From positions 41,666,001 through 41,730,000 of the forward strand of contig NC_086108.1 of assembly GCF_963921235.1 (NCBI RefSeq): DNA of 64,000 bases, in the 5' to 3' direction. Below, piece by piece: positions 37,307 through 50,272 of this stretch (within the stretch, counting starts at the first letter, position 1; each line of letters begins with the position of its first letter). The stretch is from Mobula hypostoma. Taxonomy: Eukaryota. The position numbers were made by a program, and so were the translations under genes. Below the pieces are notes generated by a model that made no database searches, was not told the DNA's origin, and saw only the letters and a program-made list of their open reading frames with translations.

Positions 37307-39463
37307 CTATGTCTTCAAATAACATGTAAGAATGATGATATACACAAGTCAGCAGGGAAAGATTTCAGAAGTGATCCATGCACTGTTAGGTTGCTGTGAA
37401 GTTTGAATGCTCAAAATAGCAATTTGCATTAGTTAGATACAGAAATTATTTTGTTTAACTTTGTTGTATCCCATGTAAAATTCTACCATTTGGATGGAGC
37501 ATTTCAAACACACCCAATAAAACTTACAAACAGACACACTGTATAGTATATTGCTGGCATCATGTGTTGAACAATAGATTTAGCAACATCAATGGTCTGC
37601 ACTATTAACTCCTGTGGATAGACAACACAATAATTTAGAGGGGCTGGATTTCGCAAATAAATGTTAATTAATCCCTAAGTGAATAATATTTAATGGATTA
37701 TAAAGGATAACACAGACAGTGATTCAGGAGAAACAATGCTTCCCTACTGGCTATGATTAACAGTAATTCACAATTTTAATTTTGCTTTGTAAACTCTTCT
37801 CCAGGCTTTTGGTTGTAGTTGCCTCATTTTTATGCACTTCCCTTTAATTTTCAACAGAAAATATGGAATGATTATCTTGGAATGTTTCCACACAGGTCAT
37901 GCTGATATAAATAGAGTCATTCATATAGCTGAAGTAATAATAATCAAATCAATTCATAAAGCTATCTTAACACTGCGCAAAACTAAAAGTGAATCTTATG
38001 TATCAGATTCTTATGTATTAGAGGGAGGTTGGGGGTAGTTGATGATGAGCTCTCACAACGATAGAGTCTTAGAATGTATTTATAACCCAGGGAGCAAATA
38101 ATGACTGGTATTGATTGAATTTTTTTCGCCCTACATTTGATTGATGGAAGAATCAGTGGCCAATCCTTGAATATTATCTAAATTCGAAGGTGTACCACAG
38201 GCCTCGAGAAAACTGCATCCCAGAATCGTCTTTGAAGAATTATCTGCTTCAGTCTAGATTACAATAAAAGAGTCTCTTTCACTCAAATAGTAGCAAGGAA
38301 AAACATTCCTCAGGGACCTTGCATACAATGTAGTAGATACTTAATAGCATTTTTTAAAAATCAGTAATTACAGCATAGCAGAACATTTACAATAGAGATT
38401 ATGGAAGCTTATGATTACTTTGATTGTCACTGAGTGCTGGCAATAGACGGAGGTGAAACAGACTATTTTAATGTACAATCCCTTTCATAGTGCCCTTTTA
38501 CCCATGAGGAACCGGTGAGAATTAGGAGCACTTTAGCAGCCATTAAAAACGGGGAAATTTCAAATGTGCTTTTTAATGTTGGCATAAGGTCAAAGGGTAT
38601 TCCAATAGAGTATCCCTTGTGAAGGACTTGCACTTCATTTACCTGCAACTCATCAGTCAAAAAGCTTCTCAGTCCAAAGGCTTGTGCTGAAGATTATTTT
38701 ATAAGCTATCCGACTGTACCAGATGGTTCATTAGCAGTGTGTGTGCAGGTCAAAAGCTTTCAGAATCATTTAGACATGTCGGACTGAAACAAGAATGTTG
38801 TCGGGTTTTAACTGTAATTTACAACAGAATGTTTGGATATTCATTCAAACTCAAGTCAGTAAATTAGTCAGACATTAAAACTCATTTATGTTGGAAGTAT
38901 AGGCGGCACAAAAAGGGACTGGTTCTTGATTTCGTAGCTGTCAGAATATTTCCCAACATGGTTTCTCGTGCTTCAGACACATTACACTGTGAGATTAATA
39001 TGTTTAATGTGCATATAAGTCACACCAAATGCACCTTAACGTTCCTTAGCTCAGTTTGTTCTGCCTGCTAAATGCATAGGTGAAAGGCAGCAGCGTTATC
39101 ATCTCCACAAACCTGCAAACCATAACTGCTTGAAAGTGAAAGGATTTTAATGCCAGTGGATCCCAGTTACTAAGTAGATTATTTAGATAAGTTGGGCCAT
39201 CACCTATGTATTTACCTGCTGCACTAATTTTCTACTTTTAATTAACAAGGATTATTTATTTGTGTCTTCTTCATTTCAAAACAACTAATGATTTCACATT
39301 CCATCTTTTAGAATGGGCTCAACTGCAAATTAAGACTTAAGTGCTTTCTGGATTGCTACGTTCCTCTCATTCGCCACCACCACGTCCCGCATCCCGCTCC
39401 CTCTTCATTCACCTCTGACTGCTTTAGCCTCTTTATTGATCATAGTTCTGATGTTTCTTTCAG

Positions 39464-39711
39464 ATGTAAAAAACCTGGAGAACTACCACCTGGTTGAGAG
39501 TGTACAGGAACAAGTTAATGCTGCACTGCTAGACTATACGATATGTAACTATCCTCAGCAAACGGACAAGTTTGGACAGCTTCTCCTGCGATTACCTGAA
39601 ATTCGGGCCATCAGCATGCAGGCCGAAGAATACCTCTACTACAAGCACCTGAATGGAGATGTACCCTGCAACAACCTTCTCATTGAAATGCTGCATGCCA
39701 AGCGAGCCTAG
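39464..39711 (+). CDS. NR5A2: Nuclear receptor subfamily 5 group A member 2 (LRH-1), terminal coding exon (ligand-binding domain C-terminus with AF-2)
   Basis: Acceptor tttctttcag|AT (phase 1). Translation [82 protein letters not shown] is recognisably the NR5A2 C-terminus ([13 protein letters not shown]5A1 ends LLIEMLQAK). Confidence 0.96.
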
Positions 39712-42075
39712 ACTACAGCCCCGAGGCCTTTGCGTCTTGTGCAGAAATTCTAAGCTGCACCAAGCAACTGTAATTTTAAAAGGGAGAAACGAGAAACATT
39801 TTGGTGCACTAAGTGGAAAGGGGACATTATAATGAGATCTGTTCATCATAAGCCAAGTGTTCTATCAGGGTATTGCCATGGAATCTGATAACTGTAAATC
39901 CAGAACAACAGCACTGCACATCCCTCATCCGCAAAGGAAACCTCTGTGAGGCCTTTCAGGAAGCGCTTACTCATATAGAGTTCACTTTGTCAAACCGATC
40001 AAATAAATAACTCACACTCACTTCTAATTTCTTCGGCTAGATCACTAATTCTGGGAAATATAAAAAATAAGCTTGTGGTTTGGGCACTAATGGCAATACA
40101 GTTGGGGGCTCAAGTGCACTAAGAAACCCTGAGATTTCAAAGCATGTGGGTTAGGAAGCAAACCTGGTATTAGTAATGAGCTGCCATAATCTACTTGATC
40201 CCTCCTCCTCCCCAAAGCAATGTCCCCAGTGATCGTCGGTGTGGTACCTGATAGGGGATCTGAAGGCTTGCCTGTAGAATGGCTTCTTTCTCCATTTGTT
40301 CACTTAGATCACAAGAGCCCATCTATGTGTGAGGCCTGCAAAGGCTTCAAGGAACCATCTGTCAAGTAATTAGTTTGACAACCACCTTAACGTACCCATT
40401 AGGATTTTTTTGCCAAAGCGTGTACGTTATTTGAAGACCAAAGCCTGCTGCAGAACAGTAAAAGGAGAGGGAAAAGTGAACTATAACTTGATCTGGGATT
40501 TCAAAAGCTCATCTCACATTCACAACTCTTAATACTTAGCATAGTAGTATTAAATTTGTGATGTCACAGTTAGGTAGAGTATTGCCTTATTTCTGTGAAT
40601 CTGAATATGCGAGAGAATATAATTGAAGTATTAATACTGTAAATTCTGCAAACAAAGGTGTTTACATTTACTAGCTCCTGTGGGAAAGAACTGTGATGAC
40701 ATGAATTGCAAAGCAATGATTTCCTTAATTATGTTTGATTGGTAACTTTTTTACCAGTACTTAATTTTTATGTCGTGAGACACTAAAATCAAAAAGGGAA
40801 TCTCACTAAGACTTTAATTTGAACAGATAGATTTTCGGCCACAATGATGACTTGTAGAATTGTATAATCGATTAGATTTTTTTCAGGATTGTTGGCTTTG
40901 TTATTGGAATTGTACGGTTTATATTGTACATCAATAGTTTATGCTGTAGAGAATTATGTTACTAATTTATTTCTCCATTGTTTCATCTCTGTGGAAGAGA
41001 GCAGGAATGACAAAGCCAAATAACTGCATATTTGTTCATTGTAGCACCTTTCAAAAATTTGCAGCTACAGCCAGTTCAGGGACAAACATATATCTTAAAA
41101 AGAATCAAGCAGTTCATTTAAATATATATTATATATATTGTACGAATCTGATAATATAAAGAAAAGATAAATCTGTTGCAAATGATGTGAACTATGGCTT
41201 CATCTTTAGCTAAGCAGAAAGCTTTAAAGTTGAAATCTTGCATTAAATAATAAATTGTCTTGTAAACTATATGTTCTATACCAAAGACTGTAGTTAGCTT
41301 ATGTTTTCTGTATTCCGTGGTCTCACTGCAGTGCAGAATGTAAAACCGTGATACTTACTTCAATGGACATAAGCACTGAACTAGCTTTATCTGCTACATA
41401 ACAGAGGGGTAGATTTGTGTCTCCTCGCTGTACTCTTAGCTGCCTGGAAATCCCTTTACTGATGTCTTACAGAACATTGTGAAGCTAATTCTCTGTTGTG
41501 TTGTTTACAATTATTTTAGAGAGTATTAAATGGGTGTATTGCACAGAATTCAATCAGAACAGTTCTACCTTGGGATTTCAAGGACTCTGCCAGGCCACCG
41601 GGTACCTCTCACACTGCCCAAAACTGTACTTCACTGAAATAGGCTGTGATAAATGATTTATCTGGCAAGCCCTGGTAGTAAATATAAAAGGATGCAGAGA
41701 ACACAAAATAATGTTGCTTCTACTGTTTTATTATTGTACTACTTTGTGTGAACAGACATTCTGTCTAGTCAGTACTTTCTATGTATTGCTAATGTTCTGC
41801 AGCTGCCTTGGATTTCAGACCATTCAACTCCTGCTCAGTGTGCAGATACTTGGTTCCTAACTTTAAATGTACTATATAATACGTGGAATGACGCATTGTC
41901 ACGTCACTTCTTGCCAAGAGTTTCTTTACACTGATGGAATTTTTCAGTATTTCAATAAATAATGATATGCACGGCATATCGTTTGTTGAGTCCAAGATCT
42001 TTGTCATGTTATTTGTGTTACACCGCAACAGGTTTTACCTAACGAAAATAAAACAAAAATTAAATACTACTGTTT
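39712..42075 (+). other. NR5A2: Probable NR5A2 3' UTR
   Basis: No recognisable repeats and AU-rich after the stop. Clustered poly(A) signals at the end. The 3' boundary is inferred. Confidence 0.6.
42047..42064 (+). terminator. Candidate polyadenylation signals (AATAAA and ATTAAA)
   Basis: AATAAA 42047-42052 and ATTAAA 42059-42064, followed by TGTTTG. Alternative AATAAA at 40002, 41249 and 41954. Confidence 0.5.
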
Positions 42076-42711
42076 GCAGTCAATAGTAAGTAACATGCTC
42101 CGACCTCATTCCACAAAAGGAAATGATTTCAGGTTACACACAGAGACACTGCCACCCAGTTGCTCCCCCAGACACCCTCACCCATACTCAGATATATGAT
42201 AAAGTGGACAGTTACTGTCATACCATCAAAAGCATGGGGGCAAAACAATTCATGACTGCCACGTCCAGATTCTATGCTAAAGTATCATGTGTCCCAACAG
42301 GTTTTTAAACATCCTTTATTACTTGCCTCATCAAGGGTTAGGGTTTAATTTCATAAGTTCTCCCATCAATAGCTGTCTTTATAACCTAAACTGGGTGTCT
42401 GTCTCCAGCTTTCTCCATTGATGTATTAAATATTTCTATCAATTTCCATTGTGGGACTTGCTATCTATTAAAGTTTAAGATATAGGACTGAGTCTAAATG
42501 TAAGCATACGAGCAGATTACCTTATTTCTGAACCCAAAAAGACTTAGTACAGATTTTTTTAAAGCAATAAGTAAAACCAGGAATCTCAGATTGGAAGTGA
42601 AAGTGGATAGAATGCTTAACAGGCTAATCTCTTTCTGAAAGAGAAAGGTAAGGTCATCTCTTGGCTCTTCTCAAGAAACAACCGATCTTCCTTATTCAGA
42701 TTTCCAGTAGT

Positions 42712-43830
42712 TTTCCAGAACTAATAAGATGTCCTTCTTCAAAGAAAAGGGGTTTTCTTCCATCACCTTCAATGCTGCCCTCACCCACATCTTTTCCTTT
42801 TCTTGTATGTTTGCCCTCACTCCATCCTCCCACCACACCACCAGGGACAGGGTTTCTCTTGTCCTCACCTACCACCCCATCAGCATCCGGCTCCGTAACT
42901 TCAGCCATTCCAATAGGATCCCACCACCAAGCACATCTTTTCCTCCACCCCACCCTCCCCACTTTCCACTTCCCGCCAGAATCGCTCCCTATGCGATTCC
43001 TTTGTCCATTCATCCCTCCCCACTGATCTCCCTCCTGAAACTTATCCTTGCAAGCAGAACAAGTGCCTCACCTGCCCCTACACCTCCTCCCTCACTGCCA
43101 TCCAGGGCCCCAGACAGTCCTTCCAGGAGAGGCTACATTTCACCTGTGAGTCTTTTGGGGTTATCTACTGTATCTGGTGCTCCCCGTGTGGCCTTCAGTA
43201 TATCAGTGAGACCCGATATAGATTGGGAGATCACTTTGCCGAGCACCTACCCGCCGTCTGCCAGAAAAGCAGGAACACCCTGAGGCCACCCATTTCAACT
43301 CTACTTCCCATTCCCATTCTAACATGTCAGTCCATGGCTTCTCCTGTCACGAAGAGGCTACACTCAGGTTGGAGGAGCAACATCTCATATTCCGTCTGTG
43401 TAGTCGGCAACCTGATGGCATGAATGTTGATTTCTTGAACTTCCAGTAATTGCCCTTCCCCCCTCACCATTCCATTCCTGTTTCCCTCTCACCTCATCTG
43501 CTTACCTGCCCATCACCTCCCTCTTCCCTTTCTACCCTCTCTTATCAGATTCCCCCCTTCTCCGTCCCTTTATCTCTTTCACCTATCAACTTCCCAGCTC
43601 TTTACTTCACCCCTTCCCCTCTCCCGGTTTCGCGTATCACCTACTACCTTCCTCCCTTTCCCCCACCTTCTTGCTCTAACTTCTCATTTTTTTCTAGTCA
43701 TGATGAAGGGCCTCAGCCCGAAATATTGACTGTTTATTCTTCCATAGATGCTGCCTGGCCTGCTGAGTTCCTCCAGCATTTTGTGTGCATTGCTTGGATT
43801 TCCAGGATCTGCAGATTTTCTCATCTTTCC
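42712..43830 (+). mobile_element. Penelope-like element 3' portion with GIY-YIG remnant and mutated hammerhead (43696-43731)
   Basis: ORF 42729 (MSFFKEKGFSSITFNAAL...LVLTYHP) and ORF 43223 (GDHFAEHL). Colinear with the reverse complement of 269-1438. Confidence 0.88.
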
Positions 43831-46800
43831 AGTCATTTTAATTGTTGCTTGCCTAAAAGCTTTTAGCAGACAATAGTTTTCTATTTGACTTGCTTATCCT
43901 ATTTCCTTGCAGGGACGTACACAACTTGGGACAAGAAGGTCACCTTGTCCCCATTGTAAGCCACCATCATTGCAACAATACATACAACACAAACTAATGT
44001 GTGCACATTCACCCACAGTGCCAAGAGCCCACATGTACGTCTCTTCAGAAACCAGCATTTTAAAATTCCTGCACGCAAAACCTGATTCTCCACATTCCAA
44101 CTCTCCAAAATCTGGAATTCCGTTTAAGGCACAGCTTTTCTTAAGCACCAGCTAACAGGACCTCACTCAAAAGGCCACTAGTCAAATACTGTAAACCAGC
44201 TTTGTTACCGGGGTAGGAATGTGTTGTTGGCAATTTGACCCGATTTTCACTGAGTCTATGCACATTTTGAGCAGCAATCATAATCTTCCCTCTCCAGGAT
44301 GGGACAAGTGTCATTTCTAACTTCCTGGCTCAGCTAATATAACAATAATCTGCAATCAACCTCATTAGCATTACAGTGCTTTGGTGAAACCATAGTTTGG
44401 TCACCAAGAAGCACATAATACTCATGGGGTGGAAACTACACAGAAAAGAAGTGCTAAGCTGCACCACAGGCTAATACGGTTCATGTCCAGAAAATAACCT
44501 AGCCATCACTCACTGGGTCAAGCTACTGAACCCCAACTCACATGTGCATTCAGTCATCTCAGGCTGATCGGACAGGCAATACAATTGGAAAGCTCACTAC
44601 TTGTTTGATCACTATGACAAACCAAAGTTGGCCTGTTTGGTTTTACAGCTAAGCAAAGGTGACTGATGGAGCAGCGTTCCAGCTTAGCAACTAAAGAGAC
44701 AGCTAACAAAAAGCACTACAATTAAATTGCGTAACAAAAAAATAGAACATATGTTTTGGAATGATACGAGATATTCTTAAGGATTGAGATCATTGAACTC
44801 TTTATACAATAAGTAGTCTGTGAATGAGCAGAATTCAAAAAATTTAGGGCAAAATCCCTGGTTTTGCACTTGAAATAATTTAATGGTTTTGAGGGGGAAA
44901 TTAGTATTTTGTTGATCAATAAGACGGAATTGACATTCCTCATGAAGAAACACTTTCAAGCATTAATCTTAATCTTACCTTGATTTACCTTTTATGTTTT
45001 TAATCTCCATTCTTTCTGGGGATAATGAATATATACGTGAAGGCATCAGAAGATTGCAAGAATAAGCTGAAATGAAGCATTGTCCATTTTCTCTTCAATT
45101 GTTTCAAGGGTCTGGTTTACTTAGTTAATATCATATAATCCAACATTAATCTATAGCTCCTGTATTTGTTCCATAGTTAACTAGAAAATTATAGTCTTGG
45201 GCCACTTATTTTACAATAATATTAGAATACTATCTACAAGTGTATTTGTGCAGATTATCTTTCAAAACCAATGGCACATCAACATCTATTCACTTTAGAA
45301 CAGTTAACAGCATTGAAAATCTATGCAGAAGTAATTAGTTATGCTTTAAAACTCTAAAAGCACTTCTGCACGTAAGTACCTACAGTTGGGCGAAACTCAA
45401 GAATGCCACATAGACAAGCGATTTCACTTACTACAGAACCAAAATCAGGGTCACACACACAGCCTATTACAATATATTCATAACAGCTACAATTCATTTT
45501 TAAACGTATGACATGTAGAAAGTGACAATAATGTGACATACCATAAACCTCGTCACTATGTGGAGAGTTTTTAGTCCTTTGAGTTATGATTTTCTGTTAA
45601 TTTAGCATAATTACAATTATTATGAAATACTTTAGCCATCATAAAAAACAGATGAGGACAATCATTAATTTTACACGTCCCAAATATCAACACATCATCA
45701 GTATTACAACATTCCTTTACCAGAAATGAGATATTTCATAGTCAATCCTACAGATACTAACTAAAAAAAAATCTGATAAAATAAAATTACCATGTGATCA
45801 AATCAGAAAATGAGTTCATCATGCAAAACCTCATTTTGATCTGGTGTGAATCTTGTCTGTCCATTTCTAAGAAGAATTAGTTCTGGTCCTTATATTATCA
45901 TTGACTAAATTATTTAAAATTTTTGATAAGCTTACATAGCATTGCCAATGTCCAGTTACTATCCATTGGGACCAGCTCTAATTGATACTGAAGATGGCTG
46001 AATGCATTGCACCAGTTTTTTTAAACAGTCTGCTATTGTGTCTGATCTTTCTGCTAATTAAATTGTGATGCTTTGACCATTATCTTAGGACACATCTAAA
46101 ACATTTGCAGTCATGATTTTTTGCTGACTTCAACTTGATTAATCATTTCCGTCAGTAATCATATTCTAAATATAAGAAAAAGAGCTGGATGAATAATATT
46201 TGCTCATGCTATTTTACAACAAAAACTCAATATGCCGTTCCTCAGAGGACTGTTGTCTGATGTGTTTAAGTCAAGTGAAACACAGCTGGAGCTAAACTGG
46301 AGGCTAACCTCCTTGATCTTATAAATGACAAAAAAACTTTTAGGTAGCAGAGAGTGGCCTCAACCTTAATGATGACAGAACACCCATTATCAATCGACTT
46401 CATCAGTTTCTTTAAAGACACTCAGGAGCTTACTGCACCACACACAGAGGATCCATTACAGCATTGTCACTTTCCAGACTAGTGCACAACGCAAGTCGGA
46501 AGGACACCTGTCATTTTGATTTAATCAGTCCAAATACAAGCTGCCAACTCGCTTCATTGATGTGACGTTCAGCGAATAGCAAGAGTGATCCTCAAGCTCT
46601 AAAGGAACGTGTAGGCTGCAGGCATCCTCCATGTTCTCCTGTCCACTGCGAAGCGGGCCGGCAGGTTTGCAACCCTGTAGGTAGATTTTTTTGAAAAAAT
46701 ATATATTGAATTAAGACAAGGAGAAGCATTTCTTTCTCTTTAAGAGCTTAAATGTCCCGGAAACTATTACTATCTTTCAAAAGAGTCACAGATGAGTGAT

Positions 46801-48378
46801 TTGTACTCCCAGTGGTAACTGTCCAATCCCTTTTAATTGGGTAAAGATATACTGACAGTTACCACCTGCTCCTGCAAAATATATCCAACACAACTCTCTA
46901 ACGTTGATTATCACTTTTCCCCCCCGTGTTCTTTGAACGCTTGTTAATCATCTATTTGTATAATGCACACTAAAATAAAATATAATTCTATTACAACAGT
47001 TATCTGTACAAAATCTAAGGTTTGGGCAATATTTTTGAAATATGATGTGTTGCTAGCTAAAACATTAACTCACATCTTTTTTGAAAAAGCACATTTTCAA
47101 TCTCTTCCATATGACACAAGTCATTATAAAATTATAATGGGTACAAAGTAAGTTCTATTTTGTAATGTTGGTTTACATCAAATACCAATAAAAATAAATT
47201 CAGAGCATTTGGAGATGTTCTTTGGATTGTATTAATGAAAGCTTTAGATTTTTCTTCTATTCAGTGGTGACAATCTCTGAAGCCTACGACAACATTTCCA
47301 ACATTCCATTAATTAACAGAACAATGGACACGCTTTAGAAAACCAATCTGTCAGTTTCAAAATACAAACACACAATTCAGCCTCTTCAGTCACTAAACCT
47401 TACAGTGGCATTTAAATTGTACAGACACCACATAAAAGATTCAAGGCTACCTACAATCGAAAGCCCAAGCGGGCACATTGACAAAAAAAAGATCCTTTTG
47501 CAAAAAAATAGAACAACTAAATAAAAGATGTCATCTTTTAAAAGGTGGCTTCAGTGTGAACTCAATTCTCAGTTATCAGTCTTTTATTTTGGGGGTTTTT
47601 TTCGGTCTTTTTAGAAACTCTGTTCTGCACAATGGCGCAATGTAAGTTGGAACTAAACTCCTCCATTTTCTAAGCCATTGTGTACAAGCTAACTACCAAG
47701 TTGCCCAATACACCTAATACTTCCTTGCACATGACCATGAACCTACTTGAAAAGCTCAGGCCATCTATGCCTATGTCCAAGGCTTCAGTAGCAAAACCAG
47801 TATATTATCTAACCCTCTCTCCACTGGAACCCAGGGCATCCTATTCACCTCACCACCATACTGTGTTTGTTCCTGTTGACTTTTAACTGATGACTGGACT
47901 TTTCCCCCAGCATGTCCTCTGAAGAACACGTGACACCAATCTACTATTGCGAGAATGGTCAGCTCAAGTGAGTTACACTTTAGAAGACGGACAGACAACT
48001 TGATTAAAACAGACAGGATCCTAAGGGGTTTTGACAGGGAGGATGTTCCCTCCTGTGGTGGAATCTAGAAGCGGGGCCGCTATTTTATACGGCATTGTCC
48101 ACTTAAGAATGAGAGTAGGTGAGATTCTATTCTCTCAGAAGGCAAGAGAAGCATGGTCGTGGAATTTTCACGAGGCAGAATCTGTAGTGAGATTACCACA
48201 AGTAAGTCATGGACTTTCCTGAATCGAAGAGCAGCTCAAGAGCTGAGTGTGCTACTCTGCACCTAATCCAAATATTTCTAAGCTGAGGAAGATTGTCCAC
48301 CCTTGCTTAAAGTGACACAGTTTTTTTGAACATTGAAATGAAGGAGAATATGGGTTTGATTACACTGCAAAGGAACCG

Positions 48379-48790
48379 GATTCAAAGATTCAAAGCACAT
48401 TTATAATCAAAGTATGTGCACAGTAAGAACCCCGAGACTCGTCTTCCCACTGACAACCACGAAACAAAGAAAGAAAACCGCAGAACCTGACCAAAGAAAA
48501 ACATCAAACTCACAATGTGCAAAAAGAAAGAACAAATTGCGCAAATGTCAAAAAAAAATTAGTGAAAAAGACAGAATATAAAACACCAAACCAGAAATCA
48601 TCAAAACAGGCCAGATATATTCAGTTCAGTTCAGTTCAGTTCAATTTAGCACTATGTCATTCAATAACTTAAGGCCACAGAGCTAGTCCATCCAGAACAA
48701 GAATCACACAAAATAGCAACAAAAAAGGGAGTGGCCAGAAACGAGAAACATATTGTAATGTGAACTACAGAGTCCAATCCACAAACAACA
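48379..48790 (-). mobile_element. LINE 3' UTR fragment (Rex/Babar-like tail)
   Basis: gattcaaagattcaaagcacatttataatcaaagta resembles the tail at 5153-5200. Internal (TTCAG)n. Confidence 0.5.
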
Positions 48791-49624
48791 AGATAGAGCT
48801 AGGTGAAAGCAGCAGTAGGTCACAAGACTTCATGAGTAAAATAGAAATCAAGAAAGAAGGTTGATATGAAACAATATGAACATTGTCACTCGATACGTCA
48901 TGGTGTGCCCTGCCTACAAATACCAGGATTTTCCCTCCTGTGGTAGTTAAAATCTTCAGATGGAGCCAGCTACCCCCAGTTATAGACTCTTGTTGTAAGG
49001 TAGTGTCTGCCTGGATGAGAAGGGAGGGCTTCTACAAAACAATGGTAAATTATACTATGTCTTAGTCAAATAATCTTTTGAGTATAACACATCAGGGATG
49101 TGTGGTCATGAGATTTTGAAATTTAGGAAGAGTAATATGAGTGGAGGGAGGAAGTGATGCTAAAATGCCTCACAATGATTGCAGGAGAGTGAAGAGAGAT
49201 GACAGATGGAACTTTATATGAAATGAGATAAGAGGTGTACTCTTAACTCTCTCTGATAACCTTTCATCTTCTTGATTATCAAGAATCTGTCGGATTCTGC
49301 ATTAAGATACTCAGACCCTGTTTCCATTATCCTCTAAGACATAGAAGAATTCACCCCATCTCTAACTTCCATGGTTGACCCTTTCTTTTTAACCAGTGGC
49401 CATGGATTTAGATCCTTCCACAAGACAGAACATCTTCTCCAGATTCACCCCATCAAGATCCGTCACAAGCTTAAGTGTTTCAACCAAATTACCTCACAAT
49501 CTTCGGATCCTAGACACAGAGTTATTTTATATTATGGCTTGGTCTGGGGGCCGGACTAGTAACATTGACCCCAAACCTCAAGTCACTCCTCTTTACTAAT
49601 GATCAAGGACTTCTCTTATCATTT

Positions 49625-49815
49625 CGGATCTCCCCTCCCCCTCCCACTTTCAAATCTCTTACTATCTCTTCTTTCAGTTAGTCCTGACGAAGGGTCTCGG
49701 CCTGAAACGTTGACTGTACCTCTTCCTATAGATGCTGCCAGGCCTGCTGTGTTCACCAGCAACTTTTATGCGTGTTGCTTGAAATTCCAGCATCTGCAGA
49801 TTTCCTTGTGTTTGC
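49625..49815 (+). mobile_element. Solo Penelope pLTR / 3' end, same subfamily as 269-460
   Basis: Near-identical to the reverse complement of 271-455. Confidence 0.88.
49680..49715 (+). ncRNA. Minimal type I hammerhead ribozyme motif, intact core (GUU site)
   Basis: AGTC-CTGACGA-AGG gtctcgg CCT-GAAA-CG-TT-GACT. Confidence 0.75.
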
Positions 49816-49899
49816 GTTCCCAAGATGTCTCTTATTTTTTGTAATATTGTTTCACTGTACACATTAAATAAATCAGGGGAGCTACTGTGCTGTAGCTTT

Positions 49900-50142
49900 A
49901 AATAAAATAAGAGATGAGGAGGAATATCTTTAGCTAAAATGTTGTGAATCTGTGAAATTCATTGCCACAGATGGGTGTGGAGGCCCAGGTGAACAGGTTT
50001 CTTCATTAGTTAGGGTGTCAAAGGTTTATGAGGAGAAGGCAGGAGAATGAGGTTGAGAGGAAAGCAAATTAGCCACAATCAAATAGCTGAGCAGACTTGA
50101 TGGGCTGAATGCCTTGATTCTGCTTCTACGACCTACGGTCTT
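49900..50142 (+). mobile_element. CR1-type LINE 3' end
   Basis: gtgaatctgtgaaattcattgccacag...gcagacttgatgggctgaatgcct...ctacggtctt. Confidence 0.7.
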
Positions 50143-50192
50143 AGTATCCAAGTAGGATGGAAAGAAGATCCTGCTGTACTAGGGCCTCAAAG

Positions 50193-50272
50193 CAGGAGTT
50201 CCCAACCTTTTTTACTGCATGGTCACCTACCATTAACTGAAGAGTCTGTAGACCCCAAGTTGGAAACCCCTG
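50193..50272. mobile_element. ~80-bp hAT MITE
   Basis: TIRs CAGGAGTTCCCAAC / GTTGGAAACCCCTG. Inverted homologue of 51704-51782. Confidence 0.7.

Noticed and set aside
39436..39463. N-terminal MIIVLMFLS of the ORF-track entry 39436-39711
   Set aside because: This is intronic polypyrimidine tract upstream of the AG acceptor at 39462-39463, not part of NR5A2.
1..39463. Upstream NR5A2 exons
   Set aside because: I found no sequence encoding the preceding ligand-binding-domain segment (…EFVCLKFLVLFS…), so it presumably lies before the window. A small exon could have been missed by eye.
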